In this document: one piece after another, positions 6,087-8,328 of the stretch
Layout of the letters: each line of letters opens with the position of its first letter
Numbering within the stretch: the first letter of the stretch is position 1
DNA from: Promethearchaeota archaeon
GTDB lineage: Archaea; Asgardarchaeota; Thorarchaeia; Thorarchaeales; Thorarchaeaceae
Direction: 5' to 3'
DNA length: 8,328 nucleotides
Assembly: GCA_027031765.1 (NCBI GenBank)
Contig: JALVPN010000219.1
Coordinates: 1-8,328 of the forward strand
Position numbers and translations under genes: made by a program
Notes under the pieces: model-generated
Seen by the model: the letters and a program-made list of their open reading frames with translations, nothing else
Database searches by the model: none
Told to the model about the DNA's origin: nothing

Positions 6087-8111
6087 GTGCAGATGGACAA
6101 AGGGTTTGTGCCGCCCGAGTTCAGACACCTCGTGAATGAGAGTGGCGTCCCATGGGAGAGACTTGCTGAGGAAACTGAGAAGAGAGTGGCAAGTGGTAAG
6201 AGCGAGTTCGAGGCGTTCACAGATGCTGCAATAGACATTGCGTCCAGAGAGTGTATGGGTGAGAGGCCTGATGTTGCTGTGCTCCGCCTCGGCATGGAAG
6301 CAGCACTGAACAGGGGACGGCTGGCAGAGGCACTGTTCATCTCGACAGACACGGACGAGGTCGCAGTCCAGAGCCTACGAGGGATTGCCCTGTTCGTCCT
6401 CTCTGACGTGGACGGGCTGCGCAAGGTGCTCAGGGCCATAGAGCAGAAGGTGGACGACGACTCCCCGCCCGCCGACAGGGTCAGGCTCAGCACCGTGAAG
6501 ATATACCTGGGTGCCCTTGAACGTGACACCAGCACCATAATCTGCGTCATGGAGTTCGATAGCCTCCTTGAGGAATACCCCGAGCAGGTGGAACAGCCCC
6601 TCATCGAAACAATGTTCACACTCTACGTCATCGGCTCACTCCTCCGAGAGATTGGGGAGGCAGCACGGGCGACCCGGATTGCCGACACGCTGGAGGACAT
6701 GGCAAGGAGCAGGGGGCACAGGATGATGCTCGGGCTTGTCGAGAACCTGCGTGGCAATACCTGCAACCTGCAGGGGAAGTTCGATGAGGCCGAGGAACAC
6801 TACCTCAGGTTTCAGTGTATCAGCGAGGAGCTCTCCTTCGAGCTGGGCGCCGGAATTGCACTGAACAACCTTGGTACGCTCAAGCTGAACTCCCTGAAAC
6901 TGGAGGAGGCGCTTAGACTCTTCGAACAGGCGTACAGCGTCATGAACATGGCAAGGGCAAAGGTCAACGCACTGGCGAACATAGGCGAGATCAATACTCT
7001 CCTAGGCAGGTACGAGGATGCAGAGCGGGCACTCAGGGAGGCCATCACGCTAGAGAAGAAGACGCAGACCGACACGATTGAGGTGTATGCATGGTATGCA
7101 ATCCTGTTGGCAAGGACAGGGCGGACGCTGGAGGCCAAGAGATACCTGAAACATGCGAAGGAGATAGCCGACCGCACCGAGAGACCGCTCCAACGCGGTG
7201 TATACTGTCTGACAGAGGGCACAGTGCTGGTTGCCGAGGGCGACCTCTCAGGTGCGCTCGCCTGCTTCGAACATGCAGTACGCATTGGGAAGGAGAGTGA
7301 TGTCTTTGAAACGCTCGTACGCGGAAAGCTTGAACTGGCACGCACGCACCTAATGGCGTACCTGAGTGGTGGGGGCGACAAGCACCTGTCCAGCGCAGCG
7401 TACCACCTCAACGACCTCATCCAGATAGCGCAGGAACAGGGCCTCCAAGCGCTACATGCAGAAGTGCTACTGCTGAGGAGCGACATCTTCCGGCTGGACG
7501 ACAAGGTGCCGGAGGCGGAAGGTGACCTGAACAGGGCCCTCAGTATAGCGTCGTTCTTGCAGGACGACAGGCTGAAGACAGAGGCGACGGAACGGCTCCA
7601 TGCCTTGACGGTAACACCCACCGGTAGCAGCACGTTCGAACACCAGGTCGCTACAAGGTCGATGGACAGGGTCTCAGCGTTCAGGCCCGCACGCGGACCC
7701 ATCGTGGTCCCACAGCCAGAGCTGTACACACTGATTGCGGTCGACCGGGACTCCGGACTGCCAGAGTTCGTATACAGCTTCAACGAGGAGATGACCGTGG
7801 ACAGCTCGATAGTGAGCGGCTTCATATCTGCAATCAGCAGTTTCTCCAGCACCCTCATGGCCGGGACGGGTATGCTGCGTTCTGTCAACCATGAGGGCTT
7901 CGTGCTGATACTGGAGCACACACGCTCAAGGATTGTCGTGCTTGTCGCCAGCAAGGAGACCTTCGAGACACGGTACAGACTCAGGGACTTTGCGGCCAAG
8001 TTTGAAGAGAGGTACCCGGAGCGAGTGGGGAGTGGTGGTGTGGACACCAAGAAGTATGCCGACGCCGCGGAGCTAGTGGCCAGTGTGTTCGGTGCTGACA
8101 ACAAGGACTGA
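6087..8111 (+). CDS. Tetratricopeptide-repeat protein with C-terminal longin-like domain (Asgard-type eukaryotic signature protein)
   Basis: Tandem ~40-42-aa TPR units at ~6620-7610 (e.g. NLRGNTCNLQGKFDEAEEHY, NNLGTLKLNSLKLEEALRLFEQA, ANIGEINTLLGRYEDAERALREA). The C-terminal ~129 aa (7722-8108) show a longin-type beta-beta-alpha-beta-beta-beta-alpha-alpha pattern: LIAVDRDSGLPEFVYSF ... SIVSGFISAISSFS ... LRSVNHEGFVLILE ... IVVLV ... RYRLRDFAAKFEERY. No signal peptide or TM helix. The start may be ATG 6093. Confidence 0.9.
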   Translation: MQMDKGFVPPEFRHLVNESGVPWERLAEETEKRVASGKSEFEAFTDAAIDIASRECMGERPDVAVLRLGMEAALNRGRLAEALFISTDTDEVAVQSLRGIALFVLSDVDGLRKVLRAIEQKVDDDSPPADRVRLSTVKIYLGALERDTSTIICVMEFDSLLEEYPEQVEQPLIETMFTLYVIGSLLREIGEAARATRIADTLEDMARSRGHRMMLGLVENLRGNTCNLQGKFDEAEEHYLRFQCISEELSFELGAGIALNNLGTLKLNSLKLEEALRLFEQAYSVMNMARAKVNALANIGEINTLLGRYEDAERALREAITLEKKTQTDTIEVYAWYAILLARTGRTLEAKRYLKHAKEIADRTERPLQRGVYCLTEGTVLVAEGDLSGALACFEHAVRIGKESDVFETLVRGKLELARTHLMAYLSGGGDKHLSSAAYHLNDLIQIAQEQGLQALHAEVLLLRSDIFRLDDKVPEAEGDLNRALSIASFLQDDRLKTEATERLHALTVTPTGSSTFEHQVATRSMDRVSAFRPARGPIVVPQPELYTLIAVDRDSGLPEFVYSFNEEMTVDSSIVSGFISAISSFSSTLMAGTGMLRSVNHEGFVLILEHTRSRIVVLVASKETFETRYRLRDFAAKFEERYPERVGSGGVDTKKYADAAELVASVFGADNKD

Positions 8112-8138
8112 CGGTCGGTGTGATGCCACAGCGTCAGA

Positions 8139-8151
8139 TGAGCTTATATTA
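8139..8151 (+). promoter_or_regulatory. Archaeal TATA-box promoter motif (TGAGCTTATATTA) upstream of the GTPase-like gene
   Basis: TTATATTA at 8144-8151, about 40 nt before ATG 8191, matching the 5988-6000 motif at 11 of 13 positions. Confidence 0.6.
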
Positions 8152-8182
8152 TTGGGTGCGGGCCGGACTCGGTGAAAGGAAC

Positions 8183-8194
8183 ATGGGACTATGA
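8183..8194 (+). other. Minimal upstream ORF (M-G-L-stop) whose stop overlaps the next start codon (ATGA)
   Basis: ATG GGA CTA TGA. The SD-like GGTGA (8171-8175) is 7 nt before ATG 8183. The TGA at 8192-8194 overlaps ATG 8191. Confidence 0.3.
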
Positions 8195-8328
8195 CTTCAA
8201 TAGATGAGGTGCGGAGGATTCTCCGGGTAGGCGAGACCCGCAACCGGGAGTTCAAGCGCAAGCTCACCAGAGCCGACCTGAGGCCAGAGAGACGCCAGAG
8301 GCTTGTGTCGAGGATACGGTACATGACC
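8191..8328 (+). CDS. 3'-truncated protein with N-terminal AlbA_2/Schlafen-like domain, probably an archaeal GTPBP1/2-family translational GTPase
   Basis: Not in the ORF track (46 codons, open at the window edge): MTSIDEVRRILRVGETRNREFKRKLTRADLRPERRQRLVSRIRYMT. GE..N.EFK.KL and R..RLVS.I.Y resemble the GTPBP1/2 N-terminus (recalled pattern EGN.EYK.KL ... R.E.LVTQMK.R). An in-frame stop at 8173-8175 fixes the start, and a TATA box lies upstream. Confidence 0.75.
   Translation, partial: MTSIDEVRRILRVGETRNREFKRKLTRADLRPERRQRLVSRIRYMT

Noticed and set aside
5708-6619. 303-aa minus-strand ORF, including a possible 82-aa version from ATG 5956
   Set aside because: Over half of it is antisense to the TPR gene. 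The intergenic part (MGTHMGPVQYPW...) has no motif, no SD and an unprotein-like composition.
6812-8104. 430-aa antisense ORF
   Set aside because: It lies entirely opposite the TPR-longin gene, has an S/T/L-rich shadow-frame composition and shows no recognisable motifs. This is expected in GC-rich coding DNA.
8073-8324. 83-aa minus-strand ORF at the window end
   Set aside because: It is antisense to the better-supported plus-strand GTPBP-like gene, which has a promoter and a family motif.
1-8328. CRISPR arrays, IS/transposase, integrase, rRNA or tRNA
   Set aside because: No regularly spaced repeats, terminal inverted repeats, recombinase motifs or conserved RNA gene signatures were seen.

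Overview
GC-rich archaeal genomic window, most likely Asgard (Thorarchaeia-like). This is inferred from a C-terminal longin-like domain, archaeal TATA and SD signals, and sequon-rich type I membrane proteins. Five genes are supported: (1) the 3' part of a membrane-anchored protein whose GldG/IFT52-like (DUF4350-type) domain resembles the post-catalytic domain of eukaryotic site-1 protease (S1P/SKI-1), ending in an acidic Trp-containing cytoplasmic tail; (2) a CoA-disulfide reductase/NADH oxidase-family flavoprotein lacking the canonical redox Cys; (3) a 1063-aa secreted, C-terminally anchored S8 subtilase (CspA-like) with an intact triad and two large insertions, translationally coupled to gene 2; (4) a divergent 674-aa TPR-solenoid protein with a C-terminal longin-like domain; (5) the 5' end of a probable GTPBP1/2-type translational GTPase, preceded by a 3-codon uORF. 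A 428-bp divergent intergenic region carries a TATA motif nearly identical to the one before gene 5, plus several potential hairpins. No rRNA, tRNA, CRISPR array or mobile element was seen. All family assignments come from motif recognition and recalled sequences, not from database searches.
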